Origin: an uncultured Gemmatimonadota bacterium
Lineage (GTDB): Bacteria > JAAXHH01
Reading direction: 5' to 3'
DNA length: 64,000 nt
Assembly (NCBI GenBank): GCA_951812955.1
Contig: OX638340.1
Coordinates: forward strand, 3,328,001 to 3,392,000
Notes under the pieces: generated by a model
Databases searched by the model: none
Told to the model about the DNA's origin: nothing
What the model saw: the letters and a program-made list of their open reading frames with translations, nothing else
Shown: piece after piece, positions 47,596 to 57,198 of the stretch
Position numbering within the stretch: position 1 is the stretch's first letter
Layout of the letters: every line of letters starts with the position of its first letter
Position numbers and translations under genes: made by a program

Positions 47596-48300
47596 ATGGA
47601 GACCCACCTTCAGCAACAACTGGAAGACCTGAAATCCGCCCTGCTGAGGATGGCGGCGCTGGTCGAGGAACAGATCGCGCGGTCGATTACCGCTATGATG
47701 GAGCGGGACGTGGAATTGTGCGACCAGGTCATCCGCGGAGATCAGCCCATTGACGCCATGGAACTGGAGATCGACGATCAGTGTATCAGGTTGCTTGCTC
47801 TCCAGCATCCCATCGCGCGGGACCTTCGCTTCGTTGCGGCCAGCATGAAGATTACGATCGACCTGGAACGGTTGGGCGACATCGCAGTCAACATCGCCAA
47901 GAAAACGAAACGGCTCGTGGGGATGCCCCTCCTGAAACCGATCGTCGACATTCCGCGCATGGCCGAAATGTCCCAGTCCATGGTGAAGGACAGCCTCAAC
48001 GCCTTCGTCCGCGGAGACGAGCAACTGGCCGTGGACGTCTGCGTAAGGGACGAAGCGGTAAATCAACTGCAGGACCAGGTCTTCCAGGATCTGGTGACTG
48101 CCATGGTGGAAGATTCGGCGACGGTGCCCCAGGCGCTCCAGTTGATCTTCATATCCCGCCACGTCGAACGGCTCGCAGATCACGCCACGAACATCGCCGA
48201 AGGGGTGGTGTATTTCTCAGAAGGCCGCGTGATCAAGCATCATGGGAATGACGATCCGAATCAGCCACCCAATCGTCCAGTATCCGGTGGGCCTGCGTGA
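47596..48300 (+). CDS. phoU: Phosphate signalling complex protein PhoU
   Basis: Two PhoU repeats (E/DxxxD metal-binding motifs: DQVIRGD, ELEIDDQ and VCVRDEAVNQ). Follows pstB. Confidence 0.85.
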   Translation: METHLQQQLEDLKSALLRMAALVEEQIARSITAMMERDVELCDQVIRGDQPIDAMELEIDDQCIRLLALQHPIARDLRFVAASMKITIDLERLGDIAVNIAKKTKRLVGMPLLKPIVDIPRMAEMSQSMVKDSLNAFVRGDEQLAVDVCVRDEAVNQLQDQVFQDLVTAMVEDSATVPQALQLIFISRHVERLADHATNIAEGVVYFSEGRVIKHHGNDDPNQPPNRPVSGGPA

Positions 48301-49240
48301 CCGTATCCACCTGGACGAGGCTGGTCCGCAGGTGAGACGCGTTGGGAAAGCCCTTGAAGTAGGAAGCGAAGAACTTGCGCATTTCCATCACGCCGACCTT
48401 TTCCCCCTTGTACTCCACCATCATGCCCAGGTGATCCCGCGCGAGACGGACCCGCTCGGAGAATGTGGGGGTCACGTCGCCGGAGAAGATGTAGGGGTTG
48501 TCCCGCGCGGCCCGGGCGATCATCACGCCGGCGCATCCGGTCTCATCCACCATGCGCACCGCGTCCTGGTAGGTGAACACGTCGCCGTTCCCGAAGATCG
48601 GCACAGGGGAGACTTCCGCGGCGCGCGCGATCCATGACCAGTCCGCGGTCCCGTTGAACTTCTGGGCTACGGTCCGGGCGTGCACCGCCACGGCGTGGGC
48701 GCCGGAATCCGCGGCGCGTTTAACCACCTCCAGAATGCTGATGTTGTCGTGGTCCCAGCCCAGCCGCGTCTTGATGATCACCGGGATCGAGACCGCGTCG
48801 GCCACGCTGCGCACCGCGTTCATCATCCGGTCGATGTCCTTGAGGAAGGCGGCGCCGGAGTCTGATCGCAGGATCTTGGGCACGGAGCATCCGAAGTTGA
48901 TGTCCATGATCTGCGCGCCTTTATCCTCCAACACCCGGGCCCCTTCCACCATGCGGCCGATGTCGTTCCCGTAGATCTGCGCCGCGAGCAGCGACATCCC
49001 GGTATCGCGGTAGATGTCGGCGTCGCAGAAGTTCATCATCTGAAGCGTCTTCGGGTTCTCGTGGAGAATGGCGTTGCAGTTGATGAATTCCACGCCGACC
49101 ATCTGTGCACCCATTTTCGCGCAGATCAGCCGGAACGGCCAATTGCTGATGCCCGCCATGGGCGCCAGCGTGAGGACCGGCATGCCCGGTCTGAGCGACT
49201 TTATGCGATGAGGGCCTATGGTTATTTCGTGAGCCATGGT
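48233..49240 (-). CDS. tRNA-dihydrouridine synthase (DusB-like)
   Basis: LAPMAGISNWPFR FMN-binding N-terminus, catalytic Cys in DINFGCSVPK, and a C-terminal helical tRNA-binding domain. Its 3' end overlaps convergent phoU by about 68 bp. Confidence 0.85.
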   Translation of the reverse strand, partial: TMAHEITIGPHRIKSLRPGMPVLTLAPMAGISNWPFRLICAKMGAQMVGVEFINCNAILHENPKTLQMMNFCDADIYRDTGMSLLAAQIYGNDIGRMVEGARVLEDKGAQIMDINFGCSVPKILRSDSGAAFLKDIDRMMNAVRSVADAVSIPVIIKTRLGWDHDNISILEVVKRAADSGAHAVAVHARTVAQKFNGTADWSWIARAAEVSPVPIFGNGDVFTYQDAVRMVDETGCAGVMIARAARDNPYIFSGDVTPTFSERVRLARDHLGMMVEYKGEKVGVMEMRKFFASYFKGFPNASHLRTSLVQVDTVTQAHRILDDWVADSDRHSHDA

Positions 49241-49446
49241 TTCGTGTCGGTTTTGCGTGTTCGCCTTTGACGTTGACAACGACTAACCGTGCAGATAGAT
49301 TGCGTCACGACTGACTGTCCGCGTTGAAGTTAAGCCGAATTCCCGTTTAGTCGCAAGCTGTTTGTCCTCTACACGGGACTTATCGATCCCGTACCCGGCG
49401 TTCCGTATCTTCGCGGGACGCCGAGACATCATGGGAGCGTGTCATT

Positions 49447-49764
49447 ATGGCAGTTGCCTACGTACCGGATCGGAAGCGTTTTTCGGAAGAGAAGTTTCAG
49501 AAGGTAAATCTCTTCGATACCGAACGCATGTTCTGCGATATCTACTGTTTCGAGCCGGGACAGGAACAGAAGGCTCACAGCCACGCCGAAAACGACAAGA
49601 TCTACTACGTGCTGGAGGGCGCCGGTGATTTCACGGTCGGTGAGGATACTGTAAAGGGCGTTCCCGGTACGGCGGTACTGTGTCCCCCGGGCGTGGACCA
49701 CGGCGTGTGCAACACGGGTGGTGAACGTCTGGTCGTGCTGGTGTTTATGGCGCCCCATCCATGA
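49447..49764 (+). CDS. Cupin-domain protein
   Basis: 105 aa; the cupin motif HSHAENDKIYYVLEGAGDF ... PPGVDHGVCNTG supplies two His plus Glu then a His ligand set. Confidence 0.7.
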   Translation: MAVAYVPDRKRFSEEKFQKVNLFDTERMFCDIYCFEPGQEQKAHSHAENDKIYYVLEGAGDFTVGEDTVKGVPGTAVLCPPGVDHGVCNTGGERLVVLVFMAPHP

Positions 49765-50053
49765 ACGGATCGGTTCGGCCGATTGCGGATGTATTCGACG
49801 TTCCGACCGGCGCCGGACACGATGCGTGCAGTATCCGAGCCGTCCTTTACGATCTCCGACCCGGACACGGCCCGTTCCCAACCCGCCGCCCCGGGAACGC
49901 GCTAAGGCATCGGTCCGCGTAAGCCGGCCGCTGGCCGTCATCTGGGTGTCCCTTCAGAATTTTCTATATCTAATCATTGACACGTGTATATTATAACTAT
50001 ATATTTAGCCTAGTCTAAAAATAGAGAGGTTATTGCACCGGTTATAAACACAA

Positions 50054-51223
50054 ATGAATCGATACGACAGAATACTTCTCTCGATAGCCGTTGCGCTCCT
50101 GGCGGCCATCCGGGTGGATCCAGCCGCGGCGCAGGACGCGTCAGTTGAAGCAGAGCCGGGTCTTATTCCCGGTCACATCGAAGTCGGCGGCGTGGTGCAA
50201 CTTTCGGCATCCCACGAACAGTCGTACGGAGGCGGAAGCACCACGTCCACCGCCGCCGAGCAACTGGAACTCGGGATCGGGATCGAACTGCACGAGTGGG
50301 TTGGAACCGAGGTCATCTGGATCCACGAACATGAAGACGAGGAAGCCGGCGACGAGCATGGACACGACCTGGGATTCTTGACGGCCACGGTCATTGTCGG
50401 TCCCCACGAAGGCTCCTGGTGGCTAAAGGGCGGGGTGCAATTCCTGCCCTTCACCCTATTCGAACTCGCCAGTGTGCACGCCGTACACGACGCGACCATT
50501 GGACCCTTCGAGTCGGCCGCGATCGTCGACCCGTTGTCCTTCGAGTACGGAGAAAAGCTGGAGAAATCGTTGCAGCTGGGGGTTTCGGTGGGTCAATTCG
50601 AAGGAAGTCTCTTCGGTTTCTACGGTGACGACCCACGGTCGTCCGGCAACAGGGCTGGATACGGTGCTGCGATCGGGTACAAGGATGCCCTGGACAGTGG
50701 TCCCGAATTCGCGGTAAACGTTTCTTTCATCGATGATCTCGGCGGACTGGATCTTTTCGCGGAGGAGCTATTCGATGAATCAGGGGCGGCAGATGGAGCG
50801 CACCAACGCACCGACGCGAACGAAGATGACCGTGTTCCCGGCTGGGCGGCGGCCACGCAGCTTGCGTTTCAGTACCTGACGGTTACGGGTGAATTCATGA
50901 TTGCCCAGGACCGGTTCAGTCCCTCGGTACTAACATTCGGTGACCGGGGGGCCCGGCCTTCGGTATGGGTACTCGAGGCTGGTTTCGCCTTCGAGTTGGC
51001 GGGTAGATCGGGAGAAGTCGTAGTGGCAAGCCACGGGACCTCGGAAGCGGCCGGCCTGGCCCTGCCCGCGACGCGATTCGTGGCGGCTCTCAACGTCGAC
51101 CTGTGGAACGAGAGGCTGATCGGCACCGTCGAATGGGTACGTGACAGCGACTACGGGACGTCGCACGACGGCACCGGTGGAGTCTTGAATACATACACCG
51201 CTCAATTGGGCATGGAATTCTAA
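50054..51223 (+). CDS. Putative outer-membrane beta-barrel protein/porin with an acidic His/Glu-rich N-terminal segment
   Basis: Signal peptide (LLSIAVALLAAIRVDPAAAQ), alternating amphipathic strands, and a C-terminal aromatic residue (…AQLGMEF) typical of BAM substrates. HEHEDEEAGDEHGHD motif near the N-terminus. Confidence 0.55.
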   Translation: MNRYDRILLSIAVALLAAIRVDPAAAQDASVEAEPGLIPGHIEVGGVVQLSASHEQSYGGGSTTSTAAEQLELGIGIELHEWVGTEVIWIHEHEDEEAGDEHGHDLGFLTATVIVGPHEGSWWLKGGVQFLPFTLFELASVHAVHDATIGPFESAAIVDPLSFEYGEKLEKSLQLGVSVGQFEGSLFGFYGDDPRSSGNRAGYGAAIGYKDALDSGPEFAVNVSFIDDLGGLDLFAEELFDESGAADGAHQRTDANEDDRVPGWAAATQLAFQYLTVTGEFMIAQDRFSPSVLTFGDRGARPSVWVLEAGFAFELAGRSGEVVVASHGTSEAAGLALPATRFVAALNVDLWNERLIGTVEWVRDSDYGTSHDGTGGVLNTYTAQLGMEF

Positions 51224-51254
51224 TGGAACCCGGATCCACCCTGTCCGGCCAGCG

Positions 51255-51509
51255 TCAACGCCCGACACCCCGGTCGCCGAAGGGCGTGGTCGGAATGTGA
51301 CGCTCGTTCAGGGCGAGTCCCAACCGGGACAGGCCTTCGGGATCTCCCCAGGCCAGGACCGATTTTCCGGCACGTGTCTGGTCGAGCACGCGGCTGATGC
51401 ACCGGTTAAAGAACGGTTTCGCCGGAAACATCACGGTAACCCGGTCCGATTTCCCCCGGCTCCACTTGAACACCTTATTGCCTTCGAATCCGCGGTAAAT
51501 GATTACCAT
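51255..51509 (-). CDS. Hypothetical small protein (84 aa)
   Basis: Open frame between the porin-like gene and the kynurenine operon; no recognisable motif. May be spurious. Confidence 0.3.
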   Translation of the reverse strand: MVIIYRGFEGNKVFKWSRGKSDRVTVMFPAKPFFNRCISRVLDQTRAGKSVLAWGDPEGLSRLGLALNERHIPTTPFGDRGVGR

Positions 51510-51787
51510 ACTCTACCCCTTTCCGAAAGCATCCCAGAATTACTAAACATAAGATAAGCATAAACTGGTAAGTTGTCAACTTTTTACCGGTTTTTTTAGT
51601 TTAGCAATCGGCCAAGCATCGCGTTCTGGCAAAGATCCGGCTTTCCACACGGAAACATCCCGCGTATGGAGTCCGGGGTACGCTGAAACGCGCTGCTTGA
51701 TGCTTATATTCAATCTTTCAGTCGGAAAAGGGCTCGAAAATCCGTGAAAAACGTAGAGATCCGGCTTCGCGCCGCGTTATTTCCTGG

Positions 51788-52312
51788 TCACCCGCCTTCC
51801 GGTTTCGGCATGACGGCGCCGCAAATCTTGCAGGTCCGGTTCTCCTCGCTGCTGAAGAACCGGTTCATGACGGGCGGCAACTGGCTGACGATGTCTTCCA
51901 GTTCGAAACGTTCCTCGTAGAGTTTTTTCCCGCAGCTTTCGCAGTACCACATGAAACCGTCGATCTCACCGCTTCTGCGCCTGGTCTCCATTACCAGGCC
52001 TACGGTATCGGCCGGCCTCTGGGGCGAGTGCGGCACGCCGGCGGGCAGCAGGAAGATCTCGCCTTCCCGGATCGGGACGTCCACCGGTTTCCCGTCCTCG
52101 ATGATCTTCAGTATGATGTCCCCCTCCACCTGATAGAAAAACTCCTCGCCCTCGTTGTAGTGGTAGTCCTTTCGGGCGTTCGGTCCGCCGACTACCATGA
52201 CGATGAAGTCTTCCGCCTCCGTGTAAACGCACTGGTTGCCGACCGGGGGTTTGAGGAGGTGCCTGTGTTCGTCTATCCAGGCCTTGAAGTTGAAAGGAGC
52301 CGTTACCGGCAT
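51788..52312 (-). CDS. nbaC: 3-hydroxyanthranilate 3,4-dioxygenase
   Basis: Cupin with 3-hydroxyanthranilate 3,4-dioxygenase (3-HAO) motifs (HYNEGEEFFYQ, GEIFLLPAGVPHSPQR) and the C-terminal rubredoxin-like CESCG...CKICG site. Confidence 0.88.
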   Translation of the reverse strand: MPVTAPFNFKAWIDEHRHLLKPPVGNQCVYTEAEDFIVMVVGGPNARKDYHYNEGEEFFYQVEGDIILKIIEDGKPVDVPIREGEIFLLPAGVPHSPQRPADTVGLVMETRRRSGEIDGFMWYCESCGKKLYEERFELEDIVSQLPPVMNRFFSSEENRTCKICGAVMPKPEGG

Positions 52313-52328
52313 GATCGAACCTCCTTTT

Positions 52329-52742
52329 TCAGATGGTGGCGATGCACTTCAGTTCGATGGCGATTTTGGTCGGCAGGCGCGAAACGCCGACCGTGGTGCG
52401 GCAGGGCTGGTTGTTCTTGAAATACTCGCGGTAGACCCGGTTGAACACGGCGAAGTCCGCCTCCATGTCGGTGAGGTACACGGTAATGTCCACGAGGTGC
52501 TCCCAGTCACTGCCCGCGTCTTCGAGGATACTGCGGACATTGCGGAACACGGAGTGGCACTGCGCCTCGATATCGTAGGACTCGACCTCTCCGTCCGGCC
52601 CCAGCGTCACGCCCGGGATATCCTGCCGGCCCCTGGCCCGGGGCCCGATACCCGAAAGAAACAGCAGGTTCCCCACCCGGCGGGCATGGGGGTAGGGTCC
52701 GACAGGTTCGGGCGCGCGGTCGGAATCATAATGCGGATGCAA
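52329..52742 (-). CDS. RidA/YjgF family deaminase (probable 2-aminomuconate deaminase)
   Basis: RidA fold motifs (PVGPYPHARRVGNLLFLSG...TTVGVSRLP); its position in the 2-aminomuconate branch operon supports the assignment. Confidence 0.75.
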   Translation of the reverse strand: MHPHYDSDRAPEPVGPYPHARRVGNLLFLSGIGPRARGRQDIPGVTLGPDGEVESYDIEAQCHSVFRNVRSILEDAGSDWEHLVDITVYLTDMEADFAVFNRVYREYFKNNQPCRTTVGVSRLPTKIAIELKCIATI

Positions 52743-52790
52743 AGATAGCCTCCAATTCGACCTGCAATGCCTGGTTCCGCATAAAATCTC

Positions 52791-54230
52791 CTACATCTTG
52801 ATACACACGTTCTTGGGTTCCGTGAAGAAACGCAGGGCCTCGATTCCTCCCTCCCGGCCGACCCCCGACTGTTTCATGCCACCGAATGGCGTACGGAGGT
52901 CCCGCAACATCCAGCAGTTGATCCAGATGATGCCGGCGTGCAGACGTTCGGCGACGCGATGGGCCCGGCCCAGGTTTTCGGTCCACAGCATGGCGGCCAG
53001 GCCGTATGGCGTACCGTTGGCCTGGGCGATCACGTCCTCCTCGGTATCGAAAGGCAGGAGCGAAACGACGGGACCGAAGATTTCCTCCTGGTTGGTCCGG
53101 CAGTCCGGTGGCAGGCCTTCGATCACCGTAGGCGCTACGAACCAACCGTCCCGACAGCGCCCGTTTACCCGAACCCGTTGGCCGCCGCAGAGGACCCGCC
53201 CGCCTTCGTCACCGGCCAGTTCGATGTAGGCGAGGATCTTGTCCATGTGGTCCGCGGAAACGACGGCGCCGAGCCGGTTGCCCGCAGACCTTGGATCGCC
53301 GACGGTCAGTTGCCGGGTCCGTTCGACGAAATCGTCCCGAAAGGTGTCGTAGAGCGGCCTTTCGATGAAGATGCGCGGACCGCACAGGCAGATCTCGCCC
53401 TGGTTGGAGAACGAGGAAAGCAGGGCGGTCTGTAATGCATCCTCATAGGGACAGTCCGCGAAGACGATATTCGGGTTTTTCCCGCCCAGTTCGAGGGAAA
53501 TCCGCTTGAATAGGGGCGCGGCCGCGGCCGCGATCTTCCTGCCCGTGTCCGTTCCTCCGGTGAAGGATACTGCGTGAACCCGGGGATGTTCCACCACGGC
53601 CGCTCCCGCCTTGTGGCCGTAGCCGTGCACGATGTTCAGCACACCCGCCGGCAATCCCGCTTCCCTGCAGATCCCGGAGAGCAGGAACGCGGTGGTGGGG
53701 GTAAGTTCGGACGGTTTGCCGATCACGCAGTTTCCGGCGGCCAGCGCCGGCGCGATCTTCCACGTCAGCAGGTAGAGGGGCAGGTTCCAGGGCGATATGC
53801 ACCCGGCGATACCGATGGGGCCGCGCAGGGTATAGTTGAGGGCGCCTTTACCCATGGCGTGGGATTCGCTGGAAAAGTGCTCGATGGCCGTGGCGTAGAA
53901 CCGGAAGTTGCTCGCGGCGCGGGGGATATCCACCGATTCCGCCAGGGCAACGGGTTTGCCCGTATCGTCCGATTCCGCGAGGGCCAATTCATCTCGCCTC
54001 TCCTCGATCAGGTCGGCAATGCGGTGGAGATACCCTGACCGATCCTGGACGGACAGGGATGACCAGTCCGGAAAGGCGTTTTCCGCCGCGTTCACCGCTT
54101 CTTCCACATCCCGGCCGTCCGAGTCGGGAATCCCGCCCAGTACGGTGGCCGTGGCGGGATCGACATTGTCCAGGTAGCCGCCGCCGACCGGTTCGCGCAA
54201 TTCGCCGCCGATGTAATTGAGTATGTGCAT
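52791..54230 (-). CDS. 2-aminomuconate-6-semialdehyde dehydrogenase (NAD-dependent aldehyde dehydrogenase)
   Basis: Aldehyde dehydrogenase (ALDH) catalytic Cys (EICLCGPRIF) and Glu (LELGGKNP) motifs. Context between kynurenine 3-monooxygenase and the RidA deaminase. Start at MHILNYIGG (the ORF-track extension to 54329 was rejected). Confidence 0.8.
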   Translation of the reverse strand: MHILNYIGGELREPVGGGYLDNVDPATATVLGGIPDSDGRDVEEAVNAAENAFPDWSSLSVQDRSGYLHRIADLIEERRDELALAESDDTGKPVALAESVDIPRAASNFRFYATAIEHFSSESHAMGKGALNYTLRGPIGIAGCISPWNLPLYLLTWKIAPALAAGNCVIGKPSELTPTTAFLLSGICREAGLPAGVLNIVHGYGHKAGAAVVEHPRVHAVSFTGGTDTGRKIAAAAAPLFKRISLELGGKNPNIVFADCPYEDALQTALLSSFSNQGEICLCGPRIFIERPLYDTFRDDFVERTRQLTVGDPRSAGNRLGAVVSADHMDKILAYIELAGDEGGRVLCGGQRVRVNGRCRDGWFVAPTVIEGLPPDCRTNQEEIFGPVVSLLPFDTEEDVIAQANGTPYGLAAMLWTENLGRAHRVAERLHAGIIWINCWMLRDLRTPFGGMKQSGVGREGGIEALRFFTEPKNVCIKM

Positions 54231-54337
54231 TTGCAGAGAGAACCGTCGGGAATGCTGTGTCAGAGACGTCAGGTACGAGCCGCCTCGCAGGGTAACCGGT
54301 AATGTAGACCTGGCCGGACGGCCTGTCAAGCCGGGGG

Positions 54338-54460
54338 CCGCCGCTCACCAAAGCCTCTCCGCGGCCGTTGCCATGCTGTTTCGTGGCCGCTGCTCACCAG
54401 GGCCTCTTCGCGGCCATTGCCCTGCTTCTTCGTGGTCGCCGCTCACCAGGGCCATGCTTC
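54338..54460. repeat. ~48-bp tandem direct repeat x2.5 in the kmo-ALDH intergenic region of the kynurenine operon
   Basis: gccgccgctcaccaaagcctctccgcggccgttgccatgctgtttcgtg / gccgctgctcaccagggcctcttcgcggccattgccctgcttcttcgtg / gtcgccgctcaccagggccatgcttc. Confidence 0.75.
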
Positions 54461-54497
54461 AAAACCACGCACGCCGTGTTTCACGTGCCTGCCGTCA

Positions 54498-55874
54498 TCA
54501 GGTTCCGAGCCGCTCGCTGACCAGCCGTTCCGCCAGGTCCCAGTCCACCTGCTCTTCCGCGGATATGGAATCGCAGATTTCCCGTAAAATGCCGTCCTGG
54601 ATTTCACCGCTGCGCAGCGCCTCGCTATAGGGAAACCGGTGGAATGACACCATGGAATAACGGGGGATATACAGGTCGGGAAACTTCCGTTCCAGCAGGA
54701 AACCCACCTTCTGCCTGAGTTGAAACCCCGGGTCGCTCACCTGGTCGCGCATCTCGACGTAATTGGCCAGCGCCATGTCGGCGATGGCATCCGTGTCTTC
54801 CTTCCTGCGGCGCCCGAAGGACTCGAATACCGTTTCCCAGTCCGGCCAGTATGCCTCGATACATTCGTCGAGGACGGTGCAGTCCTCGAAAGCGCAGTTC
54901 ATCCCCTGGCCGAAGAAAGGCACGATGGCGTGCGCGGCGTCGCCCAGAAGGAGGACCCGGTCACGATAGTGCCAGGGAAAACACTTGAGCGTGACCAGCG
55001 ATCCCGTGGGATTGTCGAGGTACAGCGTGGTCAGATCGGGCATCAGCGCCGCGGCATCTGGGAACTGCGACTTGAAAAAGTCCAGTATCTGCCGCGGGTC
55101 CAGGAGGCTGGCGAAACTGTAATCGCCTTCGTGGGGGAAGAAGAGGGTGCAGGTAAAGCTGCCGTCCAGATTCGGCAGCGCGATCAGCATGTACAGGCCC
55201 CGCGGCCAGATGTGGAGGGCATTGGGCTCCATCCTGTACGCACCGTTCGTCCCCGCTGGAATGGTCAGTTCCTTGTATCCGTGGGTCAGGTACTGCTGGG
55301 AGAGGTCGAACCGGCCCACGTTCATCATGGCGGTTCGTATGGCCGAAGCGGAGCCGTCCACCCCGATGATCCGCTTCGGGCGGAGCGAGTGGACGTGATT
55401 GGTCGCGTCGTCGCGGACATACAGCACACCGGTACGGAACTCCACCCCCGTGCACCGGGCGTTGAAATGCAGCCGTACGCCGTCCTGCCGTTCCGCGGCG
55501 CTGAGCAGGACCCGGTTCAGTTCGCCGCGGGATACGGAGTAGATGACCTCTTCGTCCCGCTGGCCGTAAGGCTGGAGGACCCGTTCGCCTTTCACGGGAT
55601 GAATCAGCCGTCCCGCCATGGGTATCGCCATGCCCAGGACTTCGTCTTTGAGACCGACCTGCTGTAGCGCATGGAGTCCACGGGCGGACATGGCCAGGTT
55701 GATCGACCGGCCGGCTTTACCGGCGCCAGTCGAAACCCGACGGATATCGGGCCGCTTTTCGTATACTTCGACCCTGAAACCCCGGCGGGCGAGAAAAACC
55801 GCCAGCAGGGATCCTGCGAGACCCGCGCCTACCAGGGTTATGGTCTCCCGTTTGACACCCATGGGTACCCACAT
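54498..55874 (-). CDS. kmo: Kynurenine 3-monooxygenase
   Basis: FAD-binding ITLVGAGLAGSLLAVFLARRGFRVEVYEKRPD, plus DGSASAIR and GDAAHAIVPFFGQGMN fingerprints of group A flavin monooxygenases. Start at MWVPMGVK or MGVK (55874/55862); the ORF-track extension to 55955 overlaps kynU. Confidence 0.88.
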   Translation of the reverse strand: MWVPMGVKRETITLVGAGLAGSLLAVFLARRGFRVEVYEKRPDIRRVSTGAGKAGRSINLAMSARGLHALQQVGLKDEVLGMAIPMAGRLIHPVKGERVLQPYGQRDEEVIYSVSRGELNRVLLSAAERQDGVRLHFNARCTGVEFRTGVLYVRDDATNHVHSLRPKRIIGVDGSASAIRTAMMNVGRFDLSQQYLTHGYKELTIPAGTNGAYRMEPNALHIWPRGLYMLIALPNLDGSFTCTLFFPHEGDYSFASLLDPRQILDFFKSQFPDAAALMPDLTTLYLDNPTGSLVTLKCFPWHYRDRVLLLGDAAHAIVPFFGQGMNCAFEDCTVLDECIEAYWPDWETVFESFGRRRKEDTDAIADMALANYVEMRDQVSDPGFQLRQKVGFLLERKFPDLYIPRYSMVSFHRFPYSEALRSGEIQDGILREICDSISAEEQVDWDLAERLVSERLGT

Positions 55875-55902
55875 TCGGTTCGAAACCGGAATGAAAACCA
55901 GG

Positions 55903-57195
55903 TCAGCCGACCGAGCCCAACTCCCCCGCCATGACCTCCACGAAACGATGGACATCCGTGTAGCGGTTGTAGAGCGGAACGGGGGCGACGCGGATCACGT
56001 CGGGTTCCCGCCAGTCGCACCGGATGCCGTGCTCCGACAGAATCCCGTGTACGCGGCGTCCTGCCGGCCCCGTCCTGATCGAAAGCTGGCATCCGCGCTG
56101 TACCGGGTCCGGCGGCGAGATGATGGACAGCTCTTCCGGCAGGCGGGTCCGGAGCAGGTGTTCCATGTACCCGGTCAACCGCATGCTCTTGTTTCGCAGC
56201 CGGTCCATGCCCGCCTCGTCGAAGAGTTCCAGCGAGGCGCGCAGGGCCGCAAGGGGCAGGATCGGCGGATTGCTCAGCTGCCAGCCTTCCGCCCCCGGGA
56301 TCGCCTCGAAAGCCGGTGGCATCCGGAACCGGGTGGACTTGTCATGTCCCCACCAACCGGCGAACCGGGGGAGATCGTCCCTTCGGCCATGCCGTTCGTG
56401 GACGAAGCACCCGCCGACGCAGCCGGGTCCCCCGTTCAGGTACTTATAGGAACACCAGGCGGCGAAGTCGACGTCCCAGTCGTGGAGCCGCAGGGCCAGG
56501 TTGCCCATGGCGTGGGCGAGGTCGAATCCCACGACGCACCCTTGCCGGTGACCCGCCCGGGTGATCCGTTCCATGTCGAAGGCCTGTCCGGTCAGGTAGT
56601 TCACCCCACCCAGGAAGACCAGGGCGATGGTCTCGCCTTCCCGTTCGATCAGGTCCTCGATGTCGGACGTGCGGATCGTGTCCTCCCCTTCCCGGGGCCG
56701 CAGCTCGATCACGCTTTCGGCAGGGTCGTATCCATGCCAGGCGGCCTGCGAAGCCACGGCGTACCGGTCCGAGGGGAATGCGGAGCCTTCGATGAGGATC
56801 CGGTTTCTCCCCGGCGTGGGGCGGTAGAAAGAGACCATCATCAGGTGCAGATTCACCGTGAGGGTGTTCATGGCCACGACCTCTCCGGGCCCGGCGCCTG
56901 CGAGACGGGCCAGCGGGTCCGTGAGCGCTTCGTGGTAGGACATCCAGGGGTTATCTCCCTCGAAATGTCCTTCGACGCCCAGCCTTCGCCAGTCTTCGAG
57001 TTCCCGGTCCACGTAGTCCCGGGCGGCTACCGGCTGGAGTCCCAGCGAATGGCCCACCAGGTAGACCGCATCCCCCCCGTTTTCAGCGCGGGGAAAATGA
57101 AAGCGGGACCGGAAGGCCGAAAGGTCATCGGCGGCGTCCAGTTCTGCGGCGTCGGTTTCTGTGGCGTTCATTGGGAAATCGATTCGATCATTCAT
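55903..57195 (-). CDS. kynU: Kynureninase
   Basis: PLP fold-type I; WCSYKYLNGGPG with the Lys carrier and about 430 aa, typical of bacterial KynU. Confidence 0.88.
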   Translation of the reverse strand: MNDRIDFPMNATETDAAELDAADDLSAFRSRFHFPRAENGGDAVYLVGHSLGLQPVAARDYVDRELEDWRRLGVEGHFEGDNPWMSYHEALTDPLARLAGAGPGEVVAMNTLTVNLHLMMVSFYRPTPGRNRILIEGSAFPSDRYAVASQAAWHGYDPAESVIELRPREGEDTIRTSDIEDLIEREGETIALVFLGGVNYLTGQAFDMERITRAGHRQGCVVGFDLAHAMGNLALRLHDWDVDFAAWCSYKYLNGGPGCVGGCFVHERHGRRDDLPRFAGWWGHDKSTRFRMPPAFEAIPGAEGWQLSNPPILPLAALRASLELFDEAGMDRLRNKSMRLTGYMEHLLRTRLPEELSIISPPDPVQRGCQLSIRTGPAGRRVHGILSEHGIRCDWREPDVIRVAPVPLYNRYTDVHRFVEVMAGELGSVG

Positions 57196-57198
57196 GGG

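Noticed and set aside
54217-54630. 137-aa plus-strand ORF covering the 48-bp repeats in the kmo-ALDH gap
   Set aside because: Its reading is generated by the tandem repeat and runs antisense to the operon. There is no RBS and the composition is Ser/Arg-rich; I treated the region as non-coding repeat.
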